Origin: Somniosus microcephalus
Taxonomy: Eukaryota
Length of the DNA stretch: 64,000 nucleotides
Assembly: GCA_052327205.1 (NCBI GenBank)
Contig: CM126210.1
Span: 111,042,001 to 111,106,000 of the forward strand
Direction: 5' to 3'
Each line of letters begins with the position of its first letter. Position 1 is the stretch's first letter. Shown one piece after another: positions 42,839 through 54,996 of this stretch. Both the position numbers and the translations under genes were made by a program. Under the pieces are notes generated by a model. The model was given only the letters and a program-made list of their open reading frames with translations. It ran no database searches and was not told where the DNA came from.

Positions 42839-43373
42839 AGTGGAGAAATGCATAAAGACACAGCTTATATAGTCAGAGAATCATGTCAGATGTTTACAGG
42901 TAACCTTTCCAACTGCCATTTATCACACCTCGGCAGAGAGATAATCACAGCAGTCAAAGGTGTGAATGGTGTCCAAACAGGTCAGTCAGGGAAACATTAC
43001 ATCAAAGAACAATGAGGTGGGGTCACAAGGGGTCAAATATTGCAGATGCTGGGGTCTGTATGAAAAACAAAAAAAGACAAAAAACAGATGCGGCCGGACC
43101 TGCTGTGATTTCCAGCCAAAAAAAAAGTTTTTTGTCTTTTTTTGTTTTTCATACAGACCCCAGCATCTGCAATATTTGACCCCTTGTGACCCCACCTCAT
43201 TGTTCTTTGATGTAATGTTTCCCTGACTGACCTGTTTGGACACCATTCACACCTTTGACTGCTGTGATTATCTCTCTGCCGAGGTGTGATAAATGGCAGT
43301 TGGAAAGGTTACCTGTAAACATCTGACATGATTCTCTGACTATATAAGCTGTGTCTTTATGCATTTCTCCACT

Positions 43374-43410
43374 TCACCTGAAGAAGGAGCAGCGCTCCGA
43401 AAGCTTGTGA
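43374..43410 (+). ncRNA. Minimal type I hammerhead ribozyme motif
   Basis: TCAC-CTGAAGA-A-GGAGC-AGC-GCTCC-GAAA-GCTT-GTGA: perfect stem I and II, intact CUGANGA/GAAA core, palindromic AAGCTT stem III; predicted cut after 43406. Confidence 0.8.
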
Positions 43411-43749
43411 TTTCAAATAAAGCTGTTGGACTATAACCTGGTGTTGTGTGACTTCTTACATTTGTCCACCCCAGTCCAACTCCGGCATCTCCACACCATT
43501 TTTAAATTTAGGTATAGCATTAGCTGTCTGCCAGTCCTCTGGCGCTATTCCCTTTTCTAATTAATTTTGATATATATGTAATAGTGACTCTGCTATCTCT
43601 TCCCTAGCTTCTTTTAATATGCACAGATGGGTTTTATCCTCTCTAAGTTTGATTAGTTTATCAATCTCCCTCCCCCCCCCTTTCTATCTTAAATGTCTTC
43701 ATATCTTTTTCAATCTTAACAGAACAGCAAACCTAATTGCCTGATTCTC

Positions 43750-45920
43750 TGCTCCCACTATCTCGTCCAGTGTTCTCATCGGAGGTTAATCTGTCCAACC
43801 TCCTTCATTCCTTTCACCTCTTCCAGTACTGTGTTCGCCCTTGCCATTTCCTCCCCCAGATCCCGCTGCTGGATCAGCAATTGTTCCCTTTCTCTGTATT
43901 TCCCTCTAGAATGTTTGCTCGCACATGAGCAGGACTATCGGCATCCAAGACCTCATTATGCATGATTGTATTGACATATTGGCAATGACAGAAACATGAC
44001 TCATGGTCGGCATTTCTTTCCTCCTTAAAGAAGTCCCCCTGCGTGGTTGTACTTTTTGCTACCTGCCTTGCCCAAATTGCTGCAAAAATGGCATGGCCCT
44101 TATCTCCAAGTTACACCTTTGGCCTCTTAACTTCCCTTCAGCACTTTGCCCTCTTCCAAGCCTCATGCCTTTCATTTAAAATTCTCATCTTTTACAGTAC
44201 CTCAAGCCCTATGCTAACTTCCGCCGAGCTGCCTTTTCGCTCTCTTCCCTTAACTTCTGCACCTAGCGAATCCTCATCCTCAGTGATTTCAACCTTCAAC
44301 TAAACGCCACAGTTAAATTCCCAACTCCTTGTCCTTGACCTGCCACTTATCATGGCAGCTGCACCACTGTCAACTCGCGTAACTGCTCCCTCACCTTTGT
44401 ATTTGACGTCTTGTTCTCAATATTATAGTCATTGTCTCCCACCCTGCTCATTCCCACAATACAGTCCCTTCTTCCCTCGTCAGTGGAGCAAACTTGAACT
44501 TACTTGGAATTCAACTGGCCAAGCCATTAATTGCTAGATCTGACTTGACTACATGAAGCATAATCATGCCTCACTATCCTCAACCAAAACCTCCTACTGT
44601 TACTGGATCATCCTGGAGTGCAAGGACAATCCCAGGCTTCTTTTCTTCATGACCAACTGGTTCCTTAAACCCCTTTCTTTCCACCCCCACTTCAAGTGCA
44701 ATTTTGAGGAGTTTGTGGATTTCTTCTTCACCAAGATTGAGACCATTTGTACATCTGTCTTTAATGCATTCTCCCATTCCTCTCACCCCTAATCTTCCAC
44801 CCACTCTAACCCCATCTCTCTGCACTTTCTTCCCCATCTGCACTTTCTTCCCCACCTCTCCTCCCTCTTTAACTTAAAGTCTTGTTATCCATGAGACCAA
44901 TCTCTTGCTCCCTTTATCCCTTTCCCACTCAACTCCCAGTTCCTGGCCCTCATTCTAGCTAACATTGTCCCTTTTTTTCCTTCAAAATCACCACCACCAC
45001 CATCTTCTTCGTCATCATCATTCTCAAAAACCCATCCAAATGCTGGGTTTTTATCCAAATGCTGCCATTGCAACTTTAGCAGTGGCTTGTCTTACCTCCT
45101 ATCTCCTGCTGCCTCCAGAGACCTCCAAGGATCCACCGTACGCCCTCTCCACTTCCTCATCTACACTCTGCCCCTTGGTGACATCAGCTGTAGGCATGGG
45201 GTCAGTTTGTACCTTTGCTGGTGATGCCCAGCACTACCTCTCTGAACCCATTGTTTGCCTCTCGCCAGACTACTTTTCAACATTCACTTTTGGATGAGTT
45301 ATTCCTTTCTATAGTTCAGCATTGGGAAAATCATCATCTTTGCCCCCTGCCACAAACTTCAACTTCCTTGCATCCCCGGCCATTATCTTGGGCTGAACCA
45401 GACCATTCTTAACTTGGTTGTCCTGCTCAACCCTGAACTAAGTTTTAAACCCCATATCCTTTCCATCAAGATCATTTGCACCCACCTTCGCAACATTACC
45501 CACCAAAGCGATTCACTTTCATAGGCACAGATGCGATGGGCCGAATGGCCTCCTTCTGTGCCATAAGCTTCTATGGTAAGCCCATCTGACGCTGAAGCCC
45601 TTGTGCATGTCTTTGTTACCTCCAGACTTTACTACTCTGGTCTCCTATCTGATACATTCCATAAACTTTCAACTTTTGCCAAAACTCTGCTGCATGTTTC
45701 CTGTCCCACACTACGTCCCACTCCAAATTGCCCTGTCTCTGTTGATCTTGATTGGCTCTTCATGGTGTTGCAACACTTTATCCTTGATATTTCCTCCATC
45801 TCTATCCCATCTAATCTCTCCTTTCCGAGCTCGGCATTGTGTTTCCTGGCATCTATTTGTGAAGCGCCTGGGACTTTTTTTTATGATGAATGCACTATGC
45901 AAATCGTTGCCTGTCAGTTT
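43750..45920 (+). mobile_element. Old L2 LINE relic
   Basis: APE-like DILAMTET*L near 43970; FFFTKIETI; AEALVHVFVTSRL; a short CR1 tail is inserted at ~45520-45575. Confidence 0.65.
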
Positions 45921-47727
45921 CACCTCATTGCTCCAATATATTTCTCTTATCAGTGACACTGGGTGACAATAAAACTAGAGAACTCTTATCTAGGTTTGCA
46001 CCCTAGCTAAAGGCGAGATGAGAACAAGTGGCCCCCTTTTGTTTGAAATGGGAGGAAATAAAAGTGTAAGTTTAAAAAAAACTAATGGATGAGAGATGTT
46101 TGGGATGAACTGTAGTTATCATTCTGAGGTGTTTTGGAGCCAAGATATGAAGAAGTGCCAAATAAATGAGGGCGGAGGTAAAATCAAAATTGTGGATTAT
46201 TCCATGCCCACTGGTCAATGTTATACGTAATCTGCATAAGTTTGATTTTCAAGGAAGAAGCTTCTCTGAGCATACAACAAATGCCAAAGATGGAACTTCG
46301 CATGGATGGATTTCTGTGGGAGATTACTGGAAGACCAATATCTTAACGTGTAAATAACAGGCATACTATTTTCAGGTTGGAAGACAGGAGCTTGTTTATA
46401 GAGGGTATAATAAATTTTGTTTTTAGACACCAATATTAGATGAGAAAACAGTATGAAATTGTTCAGTTTTTTGGGAGGTTAATAGAGTTTAAAATGGGTT
46501 ATTATGCTGAATGTATTACAAATAAAAAAAAATAAAGATTTTTTTTTCCAATTCTTGCTTTGCTTTATTTTATTGTATCTGAAAATCTCAGTTCTGTAAC
46601 AAAACCAAGAGCTTAACAGAAGCTAATAAGTTTTATTTTAAAAAGTAGAAATTAAGGATTAAGGAGATAAAATGGAAGATAAAAAAACAAAAGATCTGCT
46701 GGTGGCAGATTTTAATTTGTGCTTCCAAAACATCATACATAAATTGCAGTTGAGTGCTGATTGCATGTACAACTAAAGATTACTTCACTTGAAGTTTTAT
46801 ATTCTATTATGTTATGTCTAAAAACAGTGGGAAAAACTTGCTTGTTAACCAAAACCCTTATAAAAGAATTTTTTAGGAAATCCTATTCACTGCTCCTTAG
46901 TTCAGACCTGCTTCTTAGCTGCTCATTGTTTTGTGTGTGGACCCCTTGTATTTGGAGGTAAGTGCTGTTAAATGTTTCCTCCTCAATATAAGAGAAACCT
47001 AATAATCCCCTCTAATCTTTGTAACAGTAAACCAGTTTATTTTCATTGACTCAAAATGGACACATGTATGTCGTTTGAGTCGTAGGATCAGTTACAGAGG
47101 GCCCAAAATCTGAAAAAAGCTGTTTCAGAAATTCTCAGTGATTGGTAATCATGCCATGTGTCCTAAATTAAAGGTAGTTTGCATGCAAGTTTGGAGCATC
47201 AAAAGTGCAAGTTGTAGTGCTTTTCATTTTTTTGTCTCCGTTTCCTTTCTCCACTTCCTAACGTTGCTTGTGAAAATTCCTCGGGTTTAGCCATGAACAG
47301 CTGAAAGTTACAGACGAAGAAGGCTCCAGGTGTGCTCCTCTGTGTGTCCTGAGTTAGCTGAGCTCAACCTAGGGTGGTAGGGATCCTACAGTTGGTCTCA
47401 GCACCTCTGGTTAGGGAGGGAAGATGGGAGAGTACCAGCTCAATTAATCTCGTTTCTATAGTAGTCTCCCTGAGGCAGCAAGTACTGTAGAATGTTACAA
47501 AGCACTTTGTACCAATGTCTTTTTTGTGTATTGGCTTCTGTGGTGGTGAAAAGTGAGAGAATATTTGGAATCTCTTGAAAAGGGCTATATTTTCACTTCC
47601 AAACTGAACACTTCATATTTCAGTAAGAGCTTTTGAGATTACATGAAAACAGTTTTCATTGTCCAAAGGGCCCTTTTCCTCTTGAACACGGACTGCTGCA
47701 CACGCATAGAAAATAACATAACATCTG

Positions 47728-49095
47728 AAATAACAACAGAAAATGCTGGAAATACTCAGCAGGCCAGGCAGCATCCGTGGAGAGAGAAACAGGGTTAATG
47801 TTTCAGGTCTGGGACCCTTCATCAGAACTGGAAATGTAACAGATTTTAAGCAGGTGCAGAGGCCGGGGGGGGGGGGGGGGGGGGGGTTAGGAGGAGAGGA
47901 AGGAATTGAAAGAACCTGCTGTGAAAATGTTGCAAATGGGAATGGCAAAATCATACTGCATGAAAAATGGGGGCAGGGATTATTATCTGAAATTGTTGAA
48001 CTCTATGTTGAGTCCGGCAGGCTGTAAAGTGCCTAATCGAAAGATGAGGTGCTGTTCCTCGAGCTTACGTTGAGCTTCATTAGAACAATGTAATAGGCCA
48101 AGGACAGAGAGATCAGAGTGGGAGTGAAGTGGAGAATTAAAATGACAGGCGACCGGAAGCGCAGGGTCACCCTTACGGACTGAACGGAGGTGTTCCGCAA
48201 AGCCGTCGCCCAATCTGCGTTTGGTCTCCCCAATGTAGAGGAGACCACATTGTGAGCAGCGAATACAGTATATTAAATTGCAAGAAGTACAAGTAAATCG
48301 CTGTTTCACCTGGAGGGGGTGTTTGGGGCCCTGGACGGTGGGAAGGGAGGAGGTAAAAGGGCATGGTTGCATCTCCTGCGCTTGCACGGGAAGGTGCCAG
48401 GTGAAGGAGAAGGGCTGTTGGGGGTGATTGAGGAGTGGACCAGGGTGTTGAGGAGTGGACCAGGGTGTCACGGAGGGAGCGGTCCCTTCGGAATGCTGAA
48501 AGGGGAAGATGTGTTTGGTGGTGGGATCACGTTGGAGGTGGCGGAATTGGCGGAGGATGATCCGTTGAATGTGGAGGCTGGTGGGGTGAAAGGTGAGGAC
48601 AAGGGGAACTCTATCGTGGTTCTGGGAGGGGAAGGGGAAGGGGCGAGAGCAGAAGTGCGGGAAATAGAACGGACTTGGTCAAGGGCTGTGTCAACCACAG
48701 TAGAGGGGAATCCTCGGTTGAGGAAAAAGGAAGACGTCGGAAGCACTGGTATGGAAGGTGGCATCGTCAGAACAGACGAGACGGAGAAACTGGGAGAATG
48801 GAAGAGAGTCCTTACAGGAAGCGGGGTGGGAGGAAGTGTAGTCCAGGTAGCGCTGGGAGTCGGTGGGCTTGTAGTGGATGTTTGTCGAAAGCCGATCGCC
48901 AGAAATGGAGACGGAGAAGTCGAGGAAGGGAAGAGTCAGAGATGGACCATGTGAAGGTGAGGGAAGGGTGGAAATTGGAAGTAAAGTGAATGAACTTATC
49001 TAGTTCTGGGCGAGAGCAGGAAACGGCACCAATACAGTCATCGATGTACTGGAAAAAGAGGTGAGGGAGGGGACCTGAGTAGGACTGGAACAAAG
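47728..49095 (-). mobile_element. 5'-truncated Penelope-like element (family A) with RT C-terminal part and GIY-YIG
   Basis: FFQYIDDCIG (RT catalytic motif), FHPSLTFT, FFLNRGFP, LIYCIRCSQCGLLYIGETKRRL; frameshifted; 13-bp TSD AACATAACATCTG (47715-47727, 49096-49108). Confidence 0.92.
47794..47830 (-). ncRNA. Hammerhead motif, partly decayed
   Basis: CAGTT-CTGATGA-A-GGGTC-CCA-GACCT-GAAA-CATT-AAC; core intact, stem III palindrome (ACGT>ACAT) and stem I eroded. Confidence 0.6.
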
Positions 49096-51056
49096 AACAT
49101 AACATCTGTGTTGACACCAACTTATATTTTTTGTTTGAAAAAAGTTAGATGGCACTCAATTATTGGTAATAGGTATAACTTGCAGTACTGCATTTGTTTA
49201 TCCTCCACACATATAAGGATAGGACTGTTAAAGATACTGCCCTTGTATTTCTTTAAGAGCTGGGGTAATCTTAAACCATGTAATCCTTCCCATTTATATG
49301 GTGGTTATGAACTTCAGGTCTTGGGCAAATATTGCTAGCTTTCAGTTGCAGATTACAATCCCAAATATGCGTTGTTCCAAGACTGCCGCATTGTGGAGAA
49401 AAGGGTTGTGGGGCAGTGCCTGCAATATCGGCATGTTTTAAGTAACTAATTTCAATTATGCCACTGTGGGCAGTATTTGATAGCAGGAGGCCAGGCATTT
49501 CCTACAGGAGAAGGGGAAACCCCGGAGACCAAGAGTTCTATTTTGTTAGGGCTCTTTCACTTGCAGTATGGAAGATGACATAATGCTGCGTTCCAAAAAG
49601 TGTTTTGTTGCTACATTTTTTAAAGGGTGAAAATAGGAAAAGGAATAGCTTGGCTAGGATCCCACACTGGAGCAGGCTGTGAATGGTGGCCCAGAGTCTG
49701 TTGCAAAGAAGGCTGCATATGGCTCCCAAGCAATATGAGCGCCACTGCTACACACCAATGCTTGATTCTTCTATTGACAAGCTTCCTGCTGTTGCTTTTC
49801 ACTAGGCAAGTTTGTTGAGTCTTTGTTTTTATCTTTCAGCTGAATCTGTGTTCAGTTCTGTTTGTAATTCCAACTCCTATTTTTTTTTTTCTCAACATTC
49901 TTTGCTATCAATAGTACTCCAGTGCCAAAGTATTTCTTGCAGTCTGAAGTGTTCTTACTAGCTCCCTTTGGTTGATGCCTACATTAGGTTTTATATCCTG
50001 TCGCAGTGCTTTTCTAGAATTTGTTACTACCACTTTGCACTGAGGCTTAACTTTCAACAGTGTGAAGCTCATTTTCATCTCTTCACGTCCTAGCAGTGTG
50101 TTCCAGCTATTTTTCAAAGGAGTTTTTTTTGGCCAGTACAGTTCTAAACCTATATAGGCGTGCCAGGAAGGTTAGCATCCTTTCTGCTTTGAAAGATTCA
50201 TTTGAAGGTTTTGAGTTTTTATTTCTCATTTTGATTGTGTCAGAATGGGAGAAAGTGTAATCTTCTGCCAAGATTGGACTGCAATCTTGTGTGCTTGTGG
50301 GACATTGCTTCCTATATGGTAGCTTTGTTATATTTCTGAACTGCAGAGAAGCAAATTTGATTCATCCTTAGTGGTTTCCTGAAAAAGATTTAGTGTTGTT
50401 ATAATGCAAAATGAAAGGCATAAGATGCTACTTTTTAAATCTCACTACCACACAAAATAACTCAATTTTTGCTCATCTATATCTACAGTCAGGGTATTTG
50501 TACCCTGACATGGACAACTGGCTTGGGTATGCCTTTTAATGATGTTTCAAAGCAAATACCAGGCAGTCCAAACATTAGTGTAACTAGATGCATTTCATAA
50601 GACCAGTTATAATTGCGGTAGCTATTACGATGACTGTTTAAAAATTGTCTTTCATATCTCACTATTTTTCATGAATATTTAACTCACCTGACCTGGCTCG
50701 CAATAGGTAGAAGGCAAGGAAAAAATTATTAGTTCTGGGATTCAGTCATTTTCTTAGTTCCTGAGTAAAAAAAAAACAAATCGTAGGAGTTCCTGATAGA
50801 CTGGCACGTTGCTATAGTTACTCTCCCCGCCTCCGCCCCCCCCCCCCCCCCCCCATCATGTTACCTTAACCTGTGTGACCGTTTCTGCTGGCATTTTAGA
50901 ATATTTTAATGAGTTTCTTCTGACAACAGTCTGGCCTTACTTCTTGTAAGCAGATCTTGTGTCTTCTACAAACCTGAAGCTGCAGCCCTGTGATTTTCTG
51001 TTGCTGCTCCAATCTTTGTGCCCTTCAGGACTTGCATAATCCCAAATTGCTAGTAC

Positions 51057-51965
51057 CAACAACAACAACAACTTGTATTTATATAGTGCCTTTAACATAG
51101 TAAAATGTCCCAAGGCATTTCACAGGAGTGTTATTAAAACAACATTTGACACTGAGCCACATAAAGAGAAATTTGGGCAGATGACCAAAAGCTTGGTCAA
51201 AGAGGTAGGTTTTAAGGAGCATCTTAAAGGAGGAAAGAGAGGTAGTGAGGCGGAGAGGTTTAGGGAGGGAATTTCAGCGCTCAGGGTCCTGGCAGCTGAA
51301 GGCACGGCCACCAATGGTGGAGCGATTAAAATCAGAGATACTCAAGTGGCCAGAATTAGAGGAGCGCAGATATCTTGGGGGTGAGGGGTGGAGTTGTGGG
51401 GCTGGAGGAGATAGGGAGTGGCGAGGCTATGGAAGGGTTTGAGAACACTGATGAGAATTTTTAAATTGAGGCGTTGCTTAATCAGGAGCCAATGTAGGTC
51501 AATGAGCACATGGGTGAATGGGACTTGGTGCGAGTTAGGACACGGGCAGCTGAGTTTTGGATGACCTCAAGTTTATGTAGGGCAGAACGTGGGTGGCCAG
51601 CCAGGAGTGCATTGGAATAGTCATGTCTAGAGGTAACAAAGGCATGAATGACAGTTTCAGCAGCAGATAAGCTGAGGCAAGGGCGGAGACGGGCAATGTT
51701 ACGGAGGTGGAAATAGGCGGTCTTAGTTATGTTGCAGGTATGTGATCGGAAGCTCATTTCAGGGTCAAATATGACACCAAGCTGCGAACAGTCTGGTTCA
51801 GCCTCGGGCAGATGATGGGGAGAGGGATGAAGTCGGTGGCTAGGGAACTGAGTTTGTAGCAGGGACCGAAGACACTGGCTTCGGTCTTCTGAATATTTAA
51901 TTAGAGGAAATTTCTGCTCCTCCAGTACTGGATGTCGGACAAGCAGTCTGACAATTTAGAGACAG
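51057..51965 (-). mobile_element. L2 LINE 3' part
   Basis: YFHLRNIARLRPCLSLSAAETVIHAFVTSRHDYSNALLAG; tail CTATATAAATACAAG(TTG)n on the minus strand. Confidence 0.88.
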
Positions 51966-53055
51966 TGCCTACTGCACTTGATTTCTCTGCAGTGGTTCTC
52001 TTCCGAAGTGGTATTATTAGCACACTGCACTTGAGCTGGGCTCAGATTCCAAATTAATTAACTAGATTTATTTACAGTAATTAAATGAGGGTGGCTACTG
52101 AACAGCACAAGCTGTGATATAGTGACAGGAATAAACGATCTGTTCTTTCACTATTGTCAAGGGCAGAGCAAAGATTTAGTGTATAGTGCACACAATTCTG
52201 TTTTTTTTAATCATGGACCACCCTGTTCCCATACTTCTGTAATTTGTTCTTTCTTACACAAGTTTAAATAATTCCTTAGCGTTTGAATTGCCTGGAATGT
52301 ACATTAATGGCTTAATGTGTTCTGACAATCCCATTTCTAGGTTGAATAATCCACAGGTCCGTGTTCACATCCAAGCTAAGTCTTCTTCACTAACATCATA
52401 ATTGTGTTTGGAAGCAGAAGACACAAGCCAGCTTCTGGAAGCCAGACATGCTGCAGCCAGATCGCCATCTTTGATATCTTGCCTCTTTCCTCCTCCACGC
52501 CGCCCCACCACCCACCTCCACCCCCCCCCCCCCCGGCCCCCCAAACTTCCAGCTGTAAAGTTATTCACAGCACAATGTCTGAAATTTAGATATGTAGACA
52601 AAACTAGCTCTGTATAGCAGATACTGTTTTTTAATTGTAAGGAATAAATCAAGCGGTCTCGACATAGGACCTTATACAGTACTAAGATGTCTTTAGACGA
52701 AAACTGAAGATGAATTATGATACGGTTTTTAGTAGCAAAGGGTTTTAAAGAGACAGGTGCTCCATTGATTTCTCAAATTGCGGATCTCTTGTGGTAAGTG
52801 GAGTAAAATCTCCGTTGAAAGAATGACTGGACCTAAAGGAACACAGTATATATATATTTCCTTGTGTTGGTGCTGAAGTAGTTTGCTGTGTGTGGAGGGA
52901 TCAGAAACCTTGTGCTTTCTTTTGCAGTATCAGTTTCTCTACTTAGTATTGACATCCATTATTTTCCTCTCGCCTCCATTTACTGCCAGTCACACACACA
53001 TCACAAGTGTCCTGGGTTATCCCTATCAGTTGCTGATGTAAGTAATGTATGAGTA

Positions 53056-53506
53056 CAGGAAACTCTGATATCTGGCACCAACAGGACCGGGATGGTGCCG
53101 GTTGATTAAAAATTCCGGATGACGGAGAGGGCTATCTACCGAGGCTATTTTTAACAAACAAAAATTTAAAAATCAAGAAATGTGCAGTATACAGTAATTG
53201 GGTACTCACCTACAGAATGTTGTGTTAAATGGATGGTGGAAGATGCTTGATTAAGTACAGCACTGCCAGTTGATGGTAATCCATAACTCTTTAATTACTT
53301 AAAGTGAGGTGTTCGGACTTCCGACAGCGCCAAGAAGCCGAGTAGTGGCAGTTTGGAGAACTAGCCCACTGACGAACTCGGTCACCACAGGAGACTCGGA
53401 CTCGGCAACATTTCCGGTTATTGAGGTGTTGTTTTCGGAGTATGAATTTTGCCGGTTAATAGAGAATTCCGGATATTTTAGGTGTCGTTTAAACGAGAGT
53501 TTCCTG
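53056..53506. mobile_element. Tc1/mariner-pogo-type MITE, copy 5 (different interior)
   Basis: TA-CAGGAAACTCT...AGAGTTTCCTG-TA; subterminal similarity to copies 1-4. Confidence 0.8.
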
Positions 53507-53896
53507 TAGATTATATAAATATTCAATGTTGCAGGATTTTTTCAAACAATAGCTCTATTTACGGTTTTAATTATGAAATACAGCAGCTTTAACATAGTCA
53601 GGCTTAGACATAAACAAATGTTTGATCATTTGAATCCCTTCTGCTTCAGAGTGACTAATCCCAGAATGTCATTTCTGAGGTCAGGCTTAGTCCTCTTTTA
53701 AAGTAGAAAAGATGTTTAGTAATGTAAGTAGTTTTATTAATTTGATTGGATATGTTTGTATCTTTAAACTCTTGTCATTGCACCTGAAACTACTCAACAG
53801 CTTGCATGATTTTGTTCCCTGCTTTTTGTTTAAAGTTATTTAATTTTGTATGATTCTTATTTCTGGTGCTCTGGTAACTAAACGAGCTTGATTGCA

Positions 53897-54067
53897 AAAT
53901 AACAACAGAAAATGCTGGAAAAACTCAGGTCAGGCAACATCCGTGGAGAGAAATTTGAGTTGACGTTTCGGGTTGGACCCTTCTTCACGGATGTTGCCTG
54001 ACCTGAGTTTTTCCAGCATTTTCTGTTGTTATTTCGGATTTCCAACATCTGCAGTATTTTGCTATCG
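53897..54067. mobile_element. Miniature fold-back Penelope-like insertion (family A)
   Basis: 49-bp perfect arms 53897-53945 / 53986-54034 and a 33-nt tail; TSD (CG)AGCTTGATTGCAA (53883-53897, 54066-54080). Confidence 0.88.
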
Positions 54068-54334
54068 AGCTTGATTGCAAGATGTTTACGGTTTGAAATC
54101 ACTGCAAACTGGCATTTCTAAAGGGAAATGCTTTGCGTTGACAAGACAACTCTGGGCATCAAGGTGAAGTGGAATGGGACCTAATGCCCACAGATCATTA
54201 ACACCAATAGTTTAACTGGGTGTTTAGAGCATTTTACATTGTTTAATTGAAATACTAGTTACCCTTTTAGAACCTAGTTCAGTGCTCTTTGTAATACAGC
54301 AATTGCTTGCATTTATGTAATGCATCAAGTTACA

Positions 54335-54970
54335 TCGAATGTACAGCACAGAAACAGGCCATTCAGCCCAACTGGTCTTTGCCGGCATTTATGCTCTACC
54401 CGAACCTCCTTACCACCCTACTTCGTCTAACCCTATAAGCATATCCTTAACCCTATAAGCATATCCTTATATTCTTTTCTCCCTCGTGCTTATCTAGCTC
54501 CCCCTTAAATGCAGCTATGCTATTTGCCTCAACTACTCCACATTCTAACCACTCTAGTTTCTCCTGAATCCCCTGTTGGATTTATTAGTGACCTATCTTA
54601 TGTTAATGACCTCTAATTTTGGACTCCCCCCGCCCCCCACCACCAAAAAAAAAAAGTGGAAACGTCTACCCTATCAAACCTTTTCATTATCTTAAGGACC
54701 TCTATCAGATCACCCGTCAGCCTTCTCTTTCCTACAGAAAAGAGCTCCAGCCTGTTGAGCCTATCCTGATAAGTATATTCTCAGTTCTGTTATCATCCTT
54801 GTGAATCCTTTTTGCACCTTTTTCCAATGCCTCCATATTCTTTTTATAATGTGGAGACCAGAACTGTGCACAGTACTCCAAGTGTGGTCTAACCAACGTT
54901 CTAAACAGGTTTAACCTAACTTCTCTGCTTTTCAGTTCTATCCCTCTAGATATGAACCTCCGTGCTTGGT
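54335..54970 (-). mobile_element. CR1 3' end
   Basis: CR1 tail at ~54340; TGCACAGTACTCCAAGTGTGGTCTAAC (VRPHLEYCA on the minus strand). Confidence 0.8.
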
Positions 54971-54996
54971 TTCCAGATAAAAGGGGGGGGGGGGGG

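Larger units (their letters stand above)
42752..43498 (+). mobile_element. Non-coding palindromic Penelope-derived insertion (family B end with family A-like core)
   Basis: 335-bp inverted arms 42751-43085 / 43127-43461 with a 41-bp spacer and a 37-nt unpaired tail 43462-43498; 12-bp TSD TTTTTAAATTTA (42740-42751, 43499-43510); host CR1 rejoins. Confidence 0.85.
41036..43715 (-). mobile_element. CR1 LINE ORF2 relic hosting a MITE and the palindromic PLE
   Basis: ERLNRLGLFSPEKRRLRSDLIEIFKI, SLTLVVGKIMESLLKD, DFQKAF; CR1 tail at ~41040. Confidence 0.85.

Noticed and set aside
42966-43246. Two 86-aa ORFs with identical N- and C-termini on opposite strands
   Set aside because: A geometric consequence of the palindrome; no protein motif.
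42751-43461. Palindrome as a long-read fold-back assembly artefact
   Set aside because: The 12-bp TSD, rejoining host CR1, unique spacer and the same tail asymmetry as other PLE copies favour a real insertion; raw reads are still needed to exclude it fully.
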